Source of the DNA: a bacterium
GTDB taxonomy: Bacteria; UBA8248; JACPRG01; G963555815
NCBI GenBank assembly: GCA_965218795.1
Contig: OZ244653.1
Span: 1-64,000, forward strand
DNA: 64,000 bases
Direction of reading: 5' to 3'
Position 1 is the stretch's first letter. Every line of letters begins with the position of its first letter. The notes beneath the pieces were generated by a model. It saw only the letters and a list, made by a program, of their open reading frames with translations, was not told the origin of the DNA and ran no database searches. A program made the translations under genes and the position numbers. Positions 49,615 through 59,183 of this stretch are shown in pieces.

Positions 49615-50958
49615 GTGCGAATCATCGTCATAGGGGCGGGCGAGGTCGGTTTTCATATCACACGGCGTCTCGTTCAGGAGCATCAGGACGTGGTGCTCGT
49701 CGATCAAGACCCGGAAGTGATCCAGCAGGTCTCCGACAAGCTGGACGCCCTGACGATTTTGGGAAACGGCGCGAATCCCCGCGTCTTGGCCGAGGCGGGC
49801 TTGAAGGATGCGGAGATGCTGATTGCCGTCAGCAACGATGATTCCATCAACCTTTCGGCCTGCCACCTGGCGGCGGCCAACGGTGTCACCATGAAGATCG
49901 CGCGCGTGGGGGACCCCGCCTATTTCCGGGAGGATGTGGAGATCGAAGGCCGGGATTTCGGGGCGGACCTGCTGATCAACCCCGCCCAGGAGGTGGCCAA
50001 CAACATCGATCGCCTGCTGAGCACCCCGGGTGCGACGGAGGTCGCCGATTTCTTTGACGGGCGCCTTCAGATGATCGGCCTGCGGGTCGGGGAGGACTCG
50101 CCCATCAGCGGACGGTCGCTCAAATCCCTCGGTGATACCATTCGGGAATCGGGGTTTATCGTTTTGGGTCTCAGCCGGGACGGGGAGGTGTCCATACCGC
50201 GGGGGAACACGGTCATCAAGTCGCACGAGTACCTGGTGGCGATGGTCCGGACCGAAAGCGTCCCCGCGCTCATGGAGTTTTGCGGCGTCGTACGGGAAAC
50301 CATCGAGCGGGTGTTGATCGTGGGAGGCGGACGGGTGGGATACGCCTTGGCCGAGCTTCTCTCACAGAGGCACCTGAAGGTGAAGGTGGTCGAGACCAGC
50401 GACAAGCGGGCGAAGGTGCTGGCCGAAAATCTACCCAATGTGCTGGTGCTCCACGGGGACGGAACCGATATCGGATTCCTCCGCTCGGAAGGGATCGAGG
50501 ATACCGATGTCGTCGTCACGGTCTCGGATGATGAAGAGACAAACCTCTTTGCCGCTCTCTTGGCCAAGCGCAACGGGTGCCGGAAGACAGTGACCCTCCT
50601 CAACCGTCCGGATTACATCTCTCTGGTCTACTCGCTGGGCATCGATGCCGCCGTGAGCCCCCGGCTCGTCACGGCCAGCGTGATCCTGCGGTACCTCAAG
50701 GGGCCGAACATCCTGGCCCAGTTCACCAGCGCCTTCAACGAAGCGGAAGTAGTCGCGCTGGAAGTCGGCTCCAAGGCCAAGGCCGAAGGGAAGACCCTGG
50801 CCAAGCTGGACCTTCCCCGAAACGCCGTCCTCGCCGGGCTCTGCCGCGGGGATGAGGTGGCGATTCCCCACGGCGGAACGTCCATTCACGGAGGCGACCG
50901 CGTGCTCATGTTCGCCCTCCCGGAGGCCTGGGCGGAGGCCGAACGGCTTTTCGAATAA
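49615..50958 (+). CDS. trkA: Trk potassium uptake regulatory subunit
   Basis: Two RCK repeats (GAGEVG, GGGRVG); GTG start at 49615. Confidence 0.95.
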   Translation: MRIIVIGAGEVGFHITRRLVQEHQDVVLVDQDPEVIQQVSDKLDALTILGNGANPRVLAEAGLKDAEMLIAVSNDDSINLSACHLAAANGVTMKIARVGDPAYFREDVEIEGRDFGADLLINPAQEVANNIDRLLSTPGATEVADFFDGRLQMIGLRVGEDSPISGRSLKSLGDTIRESGFIVLGLSRDGEVSIPRGNTVIKSHEYLVAMVRTESVPALMEFCGVVRETIERVLIVGGGRVGYALAELLSQRHLKVKVVETSDKRAKVLAENLPNVLVLHGDGTDIGFLRSEGIEDTDVVVTVSDDEETNLFAALLAKRNGCRKTVTLLNRPDYISLVYSLGIDAAVSPRLVTASVILRYLKGPNILAQFTSAFNEAEVVALEVGSKAKAEGKTLAKLDLPRNAVLAGLCRGDEVAIPHGGTSIHGGDRVLMFALPEAWAEAERLFE

Positions 50959-50979
50959 ACCGCCTATGTTCTCCCGACC

Positions 50980-52422
50980 ATGAAAATCCGGTCCGTTCTT
51001 CGAATCCTGGGTTTCATCGCCCTCCTGCTGGGGGGCGTTTTCCTGATCCCGACGGTGATCGCGGTCATTCGCGGAGGCGGGGATATGGTCTCCTTCGCTG
51101 CTTCCGCCGTTATCTCCGTCGTCGCCGGGGCCTTCCTGATTTTTATGGGCAAGAAGGAGGAGCTGGGCATCCGGGACGGGTTCGCCTTGGTCACCGGAAC
51201 CTGGCTCTTCATCGCCATTCTCGGCGCATTTCCCTACTGGCTGTCCGGTATCCTTCCTTCCTATACCGACGCCTTTTTCGAGGCCATGTCGGGCGTGACG
51301 ACCACTGGGGCGACCGTGCTCCGGGATATCGAGTCGCTTCCGGATGGAATCATGTTCTGGAGAAGTTTCAGCCAGTGGCTGGGGGGGATGGGGATCATCG
51401 TATTGACCGCGGCCCTTCTCCCGTTGTTCGGGGTGGGTGGGCTTCAGATCTTGAACGCCGAAGCTCCGGGCCCCACGTTCGAACGCCTGGTGCCGCGGAT
51501 TCAGGAAACAGCCATGCTGTTGTGGGGGGTCTACGTCCTGCTGTCCGCCGCGGAATTTCTCCTGCTGTTCGCGGGAGGGATGCCCGTCTTCGAGGCCGTT
51601 CTGCATACCTTCACGACGATGGCCACGGGCGGATTCTCGCCCAAAAACACCGGCGTTGCCGCCTACGCGAGCCCGTACATCCAGTGGGTCATCATCGTCT
51701 TCATGTTCCTCGCCGGAACCAGCTTCAGTCTTCATTTCTTCGCCCTCCGCGGGAAGTCGCTCAAAGGGTATTGGAAGAACACGGAGTTCCGATTTTACCT
51801 GACGGTGATATGCGTCGCGATCGTTTTCACTGCGGGGATTCTGATCTGGAAGGTGCCGGGAGATATCGAGCGGTCCATCCGGGACGCGGCCTTTCAGGTG
51901 GTCGCCATCGTGACTACCACCGGGTTCGTCACGGCCGACTTTGAGCACTGGCCGATGGTTCTCCAAGGGCTTCTGCTGTTCCTGATGTTCTTTGGGGGTT
52001 GCGCCGGCTCGACGGGCGGCGGGATGAAGCACATGCGGCTGCTCTTGCTGGTCCGGCACTCGGGCGTCCAGATGGTGAAGCTCATCCATCCGAGGGCGGT
52101 GAAGGGGCTGTTTCTGGGCGAGCACACGGTCACCGACGAAGTGATCCAGGGCGTCCAGTCCTTTTTCTTCCTGTACCTGTCGCTCTGGGCCGGAGGGACG
52201 ATCGTGCTGGCGGCGACGGGGCTGGATCTGCTGACCGGGATATCCGCGGCAGCATCGGCCCTGGGCAACGTGGGTCCGGGATTGGGCGAGGTCGGTCCGG
52301 TCGAGAACTATGCCGGCCTGCCCGGTACGGCGAAATGGGTCCTTTCCGCCTTGATGCTCATGGGGAGGCTGGAAATCTTCCCGGTGCTCGTCCTCTTGAG
52401 CCCGGAAATCCGGCGTCGCTAG
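50980..52422 (+). CDS. trkH: Trk potassium uptake membrane subunit
   Basis: SGVTTTGA, QWLGGMG, ATGGFS, TTTGF, GGCAGSTGGG.K, GNVGPG, GRLE. Confidence 0.97.
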   Translation: MKIRSVLRILGFIALLLGGVFLIPTVIAVIRGGGDMVSFAASAVISVVAGAFLIFMGKKEELGIRDGFALVTGTWLFIAILGAFPYWLSGILPSYTDAFFEAMSGVTTTGATVLRDIESLPDGIMFWRSFSQWLGGMGIIVLTAALLPLFGVGGLQILNAEAPGPTFERLVPRIQETAMLLWGVYVLLSAAEFLLLFAGGMPVFEAVLHTFTTMATGGFSPKNTGVAAYASPYIQWVIIVFMFLAGTSFSLHFFALRGKSLKGYWKNTEFRFYLTVICVAIVFTAGILIWKVPGDIERSIRDAAFQVVAIVTTTGFVTADFEHWPMVLQGLLLFLMFFGGCAGSTGGGMKHMRLLLLVRHSGVQMVKLIHPRAVKGLFLGEHTVTDEVIQGVQSFFFLYLSLWAGGTIVLAATGLDLLTGISAAASALGNVGPGLGEVGPVENYAGLPGTAKWVLSALMLMGRLEIFPVLVLLSPEIRRR

Positions 52423-52439
52423 GACGCGAAGGCAGGGGG

Positions 52440-52686
52440 CGGTTCGGCAGCATCCAAGCCGCCTTCCCCCCGCCCCTTCTCATACGATCCAGGTCTCCCT
52501 CCGAGTGCTCACCTTCGGGTTCGGGGGCATGACGAGATAGGTCTTTTCCCGGGTGCTTTCGACCCCTTCGATCTCCACCCGGCGCGTCCATGCCCGCTTC
52601 GACCAGGGCAGCCGTGAAAAGTCCTCATCCGTCCAGACCTTGGCGATGAGTTGCCCGTGCTGCTTCCCTTACTCTTCCTGGTTCAC
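52440..52686 (-). pseudogene. Decayed NHLP (nitrile-hydratase-like leader) RiPP precursor
   Basis: Pieced across frames: MNQEE*GKQHGQLIAKVWTDEDF / TAALVEAGMDAP / VEIEGVESTREKTYLVMPPNP / EGEHSEGDLDRMRRGG; aaggga upstream of GTG 52686; 3' end approximate. Confidence 0.7.
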
Positions 52687-52829
52687 ATCTGTTTCCCTTG
52701 GACTGCCTGTTTTGCGGTTTTGACGAGTCGGAAGTCACAAGGCTTTATGGGCCAGGGTAGCCGATGCCCCTTTCCCCGTTGACGAATTGCAAAACGGGGG
52801 AGGCAGAGGGGGGCGGGGACAATGCAGGC

Positions 52830-53408
52830 TCAGGACGGGTTCTCCCGGCACCATTGCTCGAACTGGAGGCGGACCTCCGGAGGCCGGAGGGTATACGGGA
52901 CGCCGGGTTTTTGCCGGGTCGGCTCGACGGCCGCACAGACGAAGGAGAGACGGTCCTGGGCCAGGAATTCGCTGACCTTTTCCTCGAACGCTTCCACCGT
53001 ATCGACCGTCGCCGTCAGCTCGATTCCGGCTCCGCGGGCCATCCCCTCATAGTGGAGTTTCGATTTCGCCAGTGGCTGACCGCCGCTCGATTGGTAGATG
53101 TCGTTGTTGAGAATGATGATCATGAGATTCCTGGGTGACTGGATGGCCGCGGTGACCAAGGAGCCCAGGTTCATCAGGACGCCGCCGTCTCCCTCCATGG
53201 CCACGACCCGGTCGTTCGGGCGACTGAGCGCGATGCCCAGCGCGGTGGGTATCACCATCCCCATGGAGTCCTGGACGTAGAAGTTCGACGGCTTCCCGTT
53301 CAGCTCCGCCCAGTGCTCGGTGGTTTCCTCCATGCAGCAGACAGCAACGCCGTCCTGGAAAACCTCGTGCAGTCTCTCGATGCAGGACCGTCTCGAAGGG
53401 CGGCTCAT
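52830..53408 (-). CDS. TPP-dependent decarboxylase beta subunit (ComE/phosphonopyruvate decarboxylase-like)
   Basis: SMG, LGIAL, EGDGGVLMNLG, LNN..Y.S.GGQ. Confidence 0.85.
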   Translation of the reverse strand: MSRPSRRSCIERLHEVFQDGVAVCCMEETTEHWAELNGKPSNFYVQDSMGMVIPTALGIALSRPNDRVVAMEGDGGVLMNLGSLVTAAIQSPRNLMIIILNNDIYQSSGGQPLAKSKLHYEGMARGAGIELTATVDTVEAFEEKVSEFLAQDRLSFVCAAVEPTRQKPGVPYTLRPPEVRLQFEQWCRENPS

Positions 53409-53424
53409 CTCGCTGACTCCCCGA

Positions 53425-53931
53425 TCACTCGACCAAGTGCTCCTTTTTGAGGAGAAGGGCGAAGGGGTGGCTCGATGCCTCGGCATACCGCCCGGCGTCC
53501 ACCACCTGCTCGGCGAGGCCCCGCTTCGCGTCCGGGATGCGGTAGTGAACCCGCAAGCTGTCCAGGGCGGGTTCGGTCGCGTCCCCCTTGAGGACGTGGT
53601 AATGGAGCGTTTCCTCGGTGTTGCCTCGGTAGCTGATCAGCATCAGAAGGGGCACCTGATACATCTTGGCGAAGTTGATCCCCGTACCGCTGCTGAGAAA
53701 CCCCGCGTTCTGCATGACCATGACCGCCTTGGTCCCCGTGGCCAGAGCGCCGACGCACAGGGCGACGCCCTCCTCCTCCCGGCAGACGTTGACGGCGATC
53801 AGGTCGGGGTCCGCCTCGACGTCCATGCAGAGGGCGCCGATCCAGCGGTCGGGGACGTACGCCACGATCTTGGCGCCCCATTGCTTGAGGCCCAGGATGA
53901 TTTCCTTGTGCGGGCCGTTACGGTCGGACAT
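53425..53931 (-). CDS. TPP-dependent decarboxylase alpha subunit (ComD-like)
   Basis: YVPD, REEEGVA...G, MQNAG, PLLMLISYRG. Confidence 0.85.
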   Translation of the reverse strand: MSDRNGPHKEIILGLKQWGAKIVAYVPDRWIGALCMDVEADPDLIAVNVCREEEGVALCVGALATGTKAVMVMQNAGFLSSGTGINFAKMYQVPLLMLISYRGNTEETLHYHVLKGDATEPALDSLRVHYRIPDAKRGLAEQVVDAGRYAEASSHPFALLLKKEHLVE

Positions 53932-54079
53932 CCGGTTGTCTTTTCAGTGGGTGACTGGATCGGGATTGGATGGATGCATCCGGGCTTGCGCCGAATTCCA
54001 CATATCCTACAACGGATATCCGGGCGGAGACAGTGTTCGGAGAAAGCGGCCGGAGGGTACGGGACGGGACGTTCAAGCC

Positions 54080-54251
54080 TTCCCTCCCAGCCCCCGCCGC
54101 AGCTCGCCTCCGTCTGGCGGAGCGCTTCTTCCCCCCGGGCGCATATCACCACGTTGACCCCTTCGCGCACGAGAGCGGCCGCTGTGGCCTTCCCCAGCCC
54201 CTTGCTCGATGCGGTGATGAGCGCCGCTTGGCCTGACAGTCCTAGGTCCAT
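54080..54251 (-). pseudogene. Truncated SDR oxidoreductase (N-terminal remnant)
   Basis: MDLGLSGQAALITASSKGLGKATAAALVREGVNVVICARGEEAL with RBS gagg, then similarity ends; no YxxxK; end approximate. Confidence 0.75.
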
Positions 54252-54305
54252 GAAAGCCCCTCGATTCCTCTGAGCGGTATTGATGCGGCTCCGGGCAACC
54301 CGAGC

Positions 54306-54653
54306 TTACCCCGCTCCGCCCCCTTCTCCCTGGAGAGCCTGAAGGGTCGCGGTCAGTTCGTTTCTCAGGTCGGCGTGCTTATGGTGCACGGCGTTCATGA
54401 TACCCCGCCGGTACGCCTGGACGGCGTCTTCGCTCCGCCCAATCTTTTCATACGCTTCGGCGAGTCTTCCAAGACAGGATCCGACGTCGCCGCCCCGGGC
54501 CTCTTCAGTCTCCAGATATTTTTCGAGCTCGGCGACGGCTTCGTCGTACTGCGCGGATTCGAAATATTCCAGGCCAAGCATATAGTGGAGCGTGTGGTCT
54601 TCGGGGTCCATTTCAATCAGTGATTTCAGTTGATCAATCCTTGATTTCGCCAT
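54306..54653 (-). CDS. Small TPR protein
   Basis: DP.D...Y.LG.EY......EA and L...Y...G....A...Y..G patterns. Confidence 0.8.
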   Translation of the reverse strand: MAKSRIDQLKSLIEMDPEDHTLHYMLGLEYFESAQYDEAVAELEKYLETEEARGGDVGSCLGRLAEAYEKIGRSEDAVQAYRRGIMNAVHHKHADLRNELTATLQALQGEGGGAG

Positions 54654-55153
54654 GTTCTTTCCTGTTCCGGCTTATGAAGGGAAGGCTCCAAATCACATGG
54701 AGAAAAGACAGATAACGCTTGCGATTCAATCATTCTAGCCCAACTTCAGTGCCTGAAGTGGAAGGAATCCGGGGTGCATGGAGCAGGGATTTCCCTTTTT
54801 CCAAAAAGGAAAATCTAATTTTCTGGAAAAAGTTTGTGGTCAAATCGGTTTGAACCTGCTACATTTAATCTGTATTGAGTAGCAAGAGAGTATCTGAACC
54901 ATCTAAAGGATTTGCTTGAACTTGTTGTCATAACATGATTGAAATATAAGCAGTTAGTATGTTGATATGATTTGGATTTCGGCCCGGGACCTGTCTGCTG
55001 AGGCACTGAAGAGGTTTGATGACTTCTTCGTGTGGCGGGTTCCGGGCTGTTTTCTTGTTTGCCTGCCGTCCCCTCACATGCACAACAATGTTCCGCCAAA
55101 TATTGTAGAATATCAATACATTTCCTAAACAACGAACTATGGAGGATTCAGCA

Positions 55154-56437
55154 ATGGGACGCAAGAAGGCTCGCCTCATCAAAAGGCGCACGTTTCTGAA
55201 GGGAGCCGCAGCAGGCGCGGCTGGATTCACTCTCTATCAGTTCCCAATGAAGGCGCCCCGGGCGGCAAAGCCGATCGTCATCGGACACCAGGCGGAGTTG
55301 ACGGGTGTGTCCGCCATTTTCGGTTTCTGGAATGACCGCTCGGCCAAGGCCGCCGCCAAGCGGATCAACGACGAGGGAGGGATCGCCGGCAGGAAGCTCA
55401 AGTTGGTGACCGGGGATACCGCCTCCGACCCCAAGACGGGCGCCCGCGCCATGCGGAGAATGGTACTTCGGGAAGGGGCGGACTTCGTGCTGGGGACGAT
55501 TCAGACCGGAATCACGGGAGTCAGCGGCGCGTTGGCCAAGAGCCTGAACGTTCTCTACTTCCCCTCCGACGATGTCCCGCTGAATCCCAAGTCGCCGGAG
55601 GCGAACCGTTACGTGTTCCGTCTCGGGCACAACACGCGGGTCAAGGCGCAGGTCTCCTACCGCTGGGCCATGAAAAACCTTGGCACGAAGTGGTCGTTTG
55701 TCGGCTATGAATCGGGTTGGGGTCACGGGCACGTCGACGACCTGAAGTCCCGGATCGAGGCTTCCGGCGGAAAGAGCCTGGGCGAATTCTACGTTCCCAT
55801 CGGCACAAACGATTTCGTTCCGGCTCTGGGCAAGGTCAGCCGGGACACCGAGGTGCTCTTTCACCACGCCTGGGGCCCGGCAGTTCCGCGGCTTATCGGC
55901 CAGGTCGCGGAATTGGGGTTCCTGAAGAAAGCGAAGCTCTTCGCCAGCATCGGCGCCGTCGAGGGAATGAACCCGAAGGACCTGGGGCCGGCCGCCCAGG
56001 GGTCGCATTACGTGAGCGAGCTGCCCCGGGAGCTGGAACAGGTACCCGAACCCCTGCGGGCGTACAACGCCGAAATCCGCAAGCTTTGCGAAATCGACCC
56101 CAGAGGCATGGACGTGGGCGGCAAATGGGCCACGACCGGCGAGCACTACTGGGTTCCCTGGACCAACATGCACGTGATCAAGGCGGGCGTGGAGGCCTCG
56201 GGGTGGAAGAGCCGGGACGACAACGCCAAGCTGATAAAAACCCTGGAGGGGATGTCGTTCAAGTCCGGGCCCGGGTTCCCGGCGGGCGACATGGTCATCC
56301 GCGCGGAAGACCACAGGGCGTTCCGCGATTACTATATCGAACAGGTCAAGGGCGACCATTACATCGTGGTCAAGGTCTTCAAGAAGGAGGAAGGGATATA
56401 TCCTCCTCCAATAGATCTTCGCAAGCAGAGCATCTGA
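55154..56437 (+). CDS. Liv-type ABC substrate-binding protein with Tat signal
   Basis: KRRTFLK; IN..GGI.GR, RYVFR, WG, IRAEDH; RBS ggagg. Confidence 0.9.
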   Translation: MGRKKARLIKRRTFLKGAAAGAAGFTLYQFPMKAPRAAKPIVIGHQAELTGVSAIFGFWNDRSAKAAAKRINDEGGIAGRKLKLVTGDTASDPKTGARAMRRMVLREGADFVLGTIQTGITGVSGALAKSLNVLYFPSDDVPLNPKSPEANRYVFRLGHNTRVKAQVSYRWAMKNLGTKWSFVGYESGWGHGHVDDLKSRIEASGGKSLGEFYVPIGTNDFVPALGKVSRDTEVLFHHAWGPAVPRLIGQVAELGFLKKAKLFASIGAVEGMNPKDLGPAAQGSHYVSELPRELEQVPEPLRAYNAEIRKLCEIDPRGMDVGGKWATTGEHYWVPWTNMHVIKAGVEASGWKSRDDNAKLIKTLEGMSFKSGPGFPAGDMVIRAEDHRAFRDYYIEQVKGDHYIVVKVFKKEEGIYPPPIDLRKQSI

Positions 56438-56452
56438 CCTTCACGGCTTGAA

Positions 56453-56494
56453 GGCGGGTTCCGCCCCGGGGGGCGGAACCCGCCCTTCCTTTTC
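56453..56494 (+). terminator. Hairpin after the substrate-binding gene
   Basis: 14-bp stem ggcgggttccgccc / gggcggaacccgcc followed by cttccttttc. Confidence 0.65.
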
Positions 56495-56528
56495 ATCCTC
56501 CACCAGAACCACCCTGGGGGCAGCGCCC

Positions 56529-57383
56529 GTGGCGGGACAGGTGTTTCTTCAAGTTCTGAACGGCTTTGTCTGGGGCTGGATTCTGGCCCTCATCTCTCTG
56601 GGTCTCTCTCTCATCTTCGGACTGCTTCAAATCATCAACATCGCGCACGGCACGCTGTACATGCTGGGCGCCGTCTTCTCCTGGTATCTCCTTCAGTGGA
56701 CCGGGAGTTTCTGGGTCACCCTGATCGGCGCTCCTCTCCTGGTCGGACTGCTCGGGATGGCTCTGGAGCGAACGTTGCTGCGGCCGGTCGAGAAAAATCC
56801 GGTGATGACCATCATCGCGACCTTCGCGCTTCTTCTGATTTTTCAGCAGACCGTTCTTCTCACCTTCGGCGGGTCCGCGCGGTGGATTCCGGAGCCGTTC
56901 GGATTTCAGGTCTCGCTGGGACAGTTCGGGTATTCGGGGTACCGGCTGGTAGTCGCCGGCATCGCCGTGGTCGTGCTGGCCGGGGTGTGGATATTCCTGC
57001 ACAAGACGCGCGCCGGACTTTGGATCCGTGCAGTGAAACAAGACAAGGAAATGGCCCTGGCGCTGGGGATTCCGGTTTCGACGGTGTATACCCTGACCTT
57101 CGGGCTGGGGGCCTGCCTGGCCGCGCTGAGCGGGGTGCTGGCCGCGCCGATCGTCGCGGTCGATTTCCGCATGGGTATCGACATCATCATCTCGGCCTTT
57201 ATCGTCGTCATCATCGGGGGGGTCGGGAGCCTGAAGGGGTCGGTCATCTCGGCCCTCCTGGTCGGGGAGCTCATCGGAATCGCCAGCATATTCCTGGCTC
57301 CGACGATGGCGCAGATCGTGGCCCTCCTGGTGATGGCCGTCATTCTGCTCTTTCGTCCCCAGGGCCTCTTCCAGGAGGTCTGA
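56529..57383 (+). CDS. ABC permease (LivH-like)
   Basis: GLSLIFG...INIAHG, TR.G..IRA, IGGVGSL.G. Confidence 0.9.
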   Translation: MAGQVFLQVLNGFVWGWILALISLGLSLIFGLLQIINIAHGTLYMLGAVFSWYLLQWTGSFWVTLIGAPLLVGLLGMALERTLLRPVEKNPVMTIIATFALLLIFQQTVLLTFGGSARWIPEPFGFQVSLGQFGYSGYRLVVAGIAVVVLAGVWIFLHKTRAGLWIRAVKQDKEMALALGIPVSTVYTLTFGLGACLAALSGVLAAPIVAVDFRMGIDIIISAFIVVIIGGVGSLKGSVISALLVGELIGIASIFLAPTMAQIVALLVMAVILLFRPQGLFQEV

Positions 57384-58402
57384 TGAGCGGCTCTCCCCGG
57401 GGGGCGCAGGACGGACCCCATCCGGCGCAGACGCAGCGGGACATCGCGGGCAGGAGAGTTTTTCACGGGATCCTCGCGGGCGTGTTTCTGATCCTCATGG
57501 TCCTGCCTCCCTACCTGAGCCTGTTCTGGCAGACCCTGCTGACGGAAATTCTGGTCTGGGGCTTGTTCGCGATGGCCTTCGACCTCTTGTACGGCTATGT
57601 GGGTCTTCTGAGCTTCGGGCATTCCGTGTTTTTCGGACTCGGGATGTACGGTGTGGCGCTTTCCGTCCATTGGTTCGAATCCGGCCTCTGGGTCGCCCTG
57701 GCGGCGGGGTGGCTACTGGCCCTGTTCTTCGCGTGGGTGATCGGGTTTTTCGCGGTCCGCGTGGGGATGGCGGGATTTATCATCCTCACGGCGCTCATGT
57801 CCGTTATCTTCCACCTTATTGCCAACAATTGGGTGAGCGTTACCGGCGGCGACGCCGGGATTCCGTTCAACGCCCCGTCGCTGAGCCTGGGCTTCGCCGC
57901 TTTCTCTCTGGAGCGTCCGATCACGGCTTATTACTTCGCCTTGGCCGTCGTCTCGGCGGCTTTTTTGATCCTCCGCCGGCTGGTCGGGTCGAGGCGGGGC
58001 CGGGTGTTCGAGGCGATCCGGGAAAACGAAGACCGCGCGATTTTGCTCGGTTATAACATCCGAAAAGAGAAACTCCGGGCCTTTGTTCTGTCCGGACTGT
58101 TCGCCGGGATCGCCGGATCGCTCTACTCGACGGCGGTGGACCGCTTTGCCAACCAGGACTACTTTCACTGGTTCCTCTCGGGAGACGTGGTGATTTGGAC
58201 GCTCCTGGGCGGCGTTGGGACCCTGGTCGGTCCGGCCCTGGGCGCGGGCGTCCTCCTGGTCTTGAAGGATTACCTGTCGGTTTGGTGGCCGAAGGGTTTT
58301 CCCATCGTGGTCGGAGTACTCATGCTGCTTCTCGTCATTTTCGCCCCGCAGGGCATGCTGGGATTCGCCCGCCGCAAGATTCGGGGGCATTGGAGGTTTT
58401 GA
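57383..58402 (+). CDS. ABC permease (LivM-like)
   Basis: GYVGLLSFGH, TGGDAG, AIRENE.RA, LGG.GTL.GP; ATG overlaps upstream TGA. Confidence 0.9.
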   Translation: MSGSPRGAQDGPHPAQTQRDIAGRRVFHGILAGVFLILMVLPPYLSLFWQTLLTEILVWGLFAMAFDLLYGYVGLLSFGHSVFFGLGMYGVALSVHWFESGLWVALAAGWLLALFFAWVIGFFAVRVGMAGFIILTALMSVIFHLIANNWVSVTGGDAGIPFNAPSLSLGFAAFSLERPITAYYFALAVVSAAFLILRRLVGSRRGRVFEAIRENEDRAILLGYNIRKEKLRAFVLSGLFAGIAGSLYSTAVDRFANQDYFHWFLSGDVVIWTLLGGVGTLVGPALGAGVLLVLKDYLSVWWPKGFPIVVGVLMLLLVIFAPQGMLGFARRKIRGHWRF

Positions 58403-58460
58403 ATCCTCCTCCGGCGCGTCTTGGCCGGAATGTGGTTGATTTCGCTAAAGGGGCAGGGTT

Positions 58461-59183
58461 TTGATCGGCGATTCGCCAATCCTGGAAACGCGGGGCCTGT
58501 CCAAACGGTTCGGCGGGCTGGTCGCCCTCGACCGAATGGACTTCCGGGTTGAGGCGGGCGACCTGCGGGCCATTATCGGACCCAACGGCGCCGGCAAGAC
58601 AACGTTCTTCAACCTCATCAGCGGCCTGCTGCCCCCCGATCGGGGAGAGGTCTTCTTCCGGGGCGAGCCCGTGACCGGACTTCCCGCCTACCGAATGGCC
58701 CGTCTGGGCATCGGCCGGACGCTTCAGGTCACGAGTATTTTCCCCGGCTTGTCGGTGGAGGAAAATCTCTGGGTCGGAGCGAATTCCGCGCAAGGGGAGG
58801 GGACCGTCCGGGAGCGGGTGGAACGCGTCCTGGACTGGATGGGCCTGTACCGACTGCGGCGGACGCCCGCATCGGACCTGTCACACGGAGACCAGCGGCT
58901 TTTGGAGATCGGCCTCGCCCTGACGACCAGTCCCGACGTTCTGCTGATGGATGAGCCGACGGCCGGTCTCAGCGCCGGCGAGACCCAGGGGTTGATTCCG
59001 CTGATTGGCCGGCTCGGTGAAGCCTTGACGATCGTCATCATCGAGCACGACATTAAATTCCTCATGGAGGTGGCCCGCACCCTGACCGTCTTTCACCAGG
59101 GCCGCAAGCTCGCCGAAGGGGGGCCGGAAGAAATCCGAGCCAACGAAGAGGTTCAGGAAGTGTATCTGCGAGGCACCGGATGA
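58461..59183 (+). CDS. ABC ATP-binding subunit (LivG-like)
   Basis: GPNGAGKT, LSHGDQR, DEPTAG, EHD. Confidence 0.92.
   Translation: MIGDSPILETRGLSKRFGGLVALDRMDFRVEAGDLRAIIGPNGAGKTTFFNLISGLLPPDRGEVFFRGEPVTGLPAYRMARLGIGRTLQVTSIFPGLSVEENLWVGANSAQGEGTVRERVERVLDWMGLYRLRRTPASDLSHGDQRLLEIGLALTTSPDVLLMDEPTAGLSAGETQGLIPLIGRLGEALTIVIIEHDIKFLMEVARTLTVFHQGRKLAEGGPEEIRANEEVQEVYLRGTG

Noticed and set aside
55033-55050. GG-N10-GC sigma54-like spacing
   Set aside because: Poor match to TGGCAC...TTGC
57671-57685. ggttcgaatcc resembling a tRNA T-loop
   Set aside because: Lies inside the livM-like reading frame (WFESG); no cloverleaf
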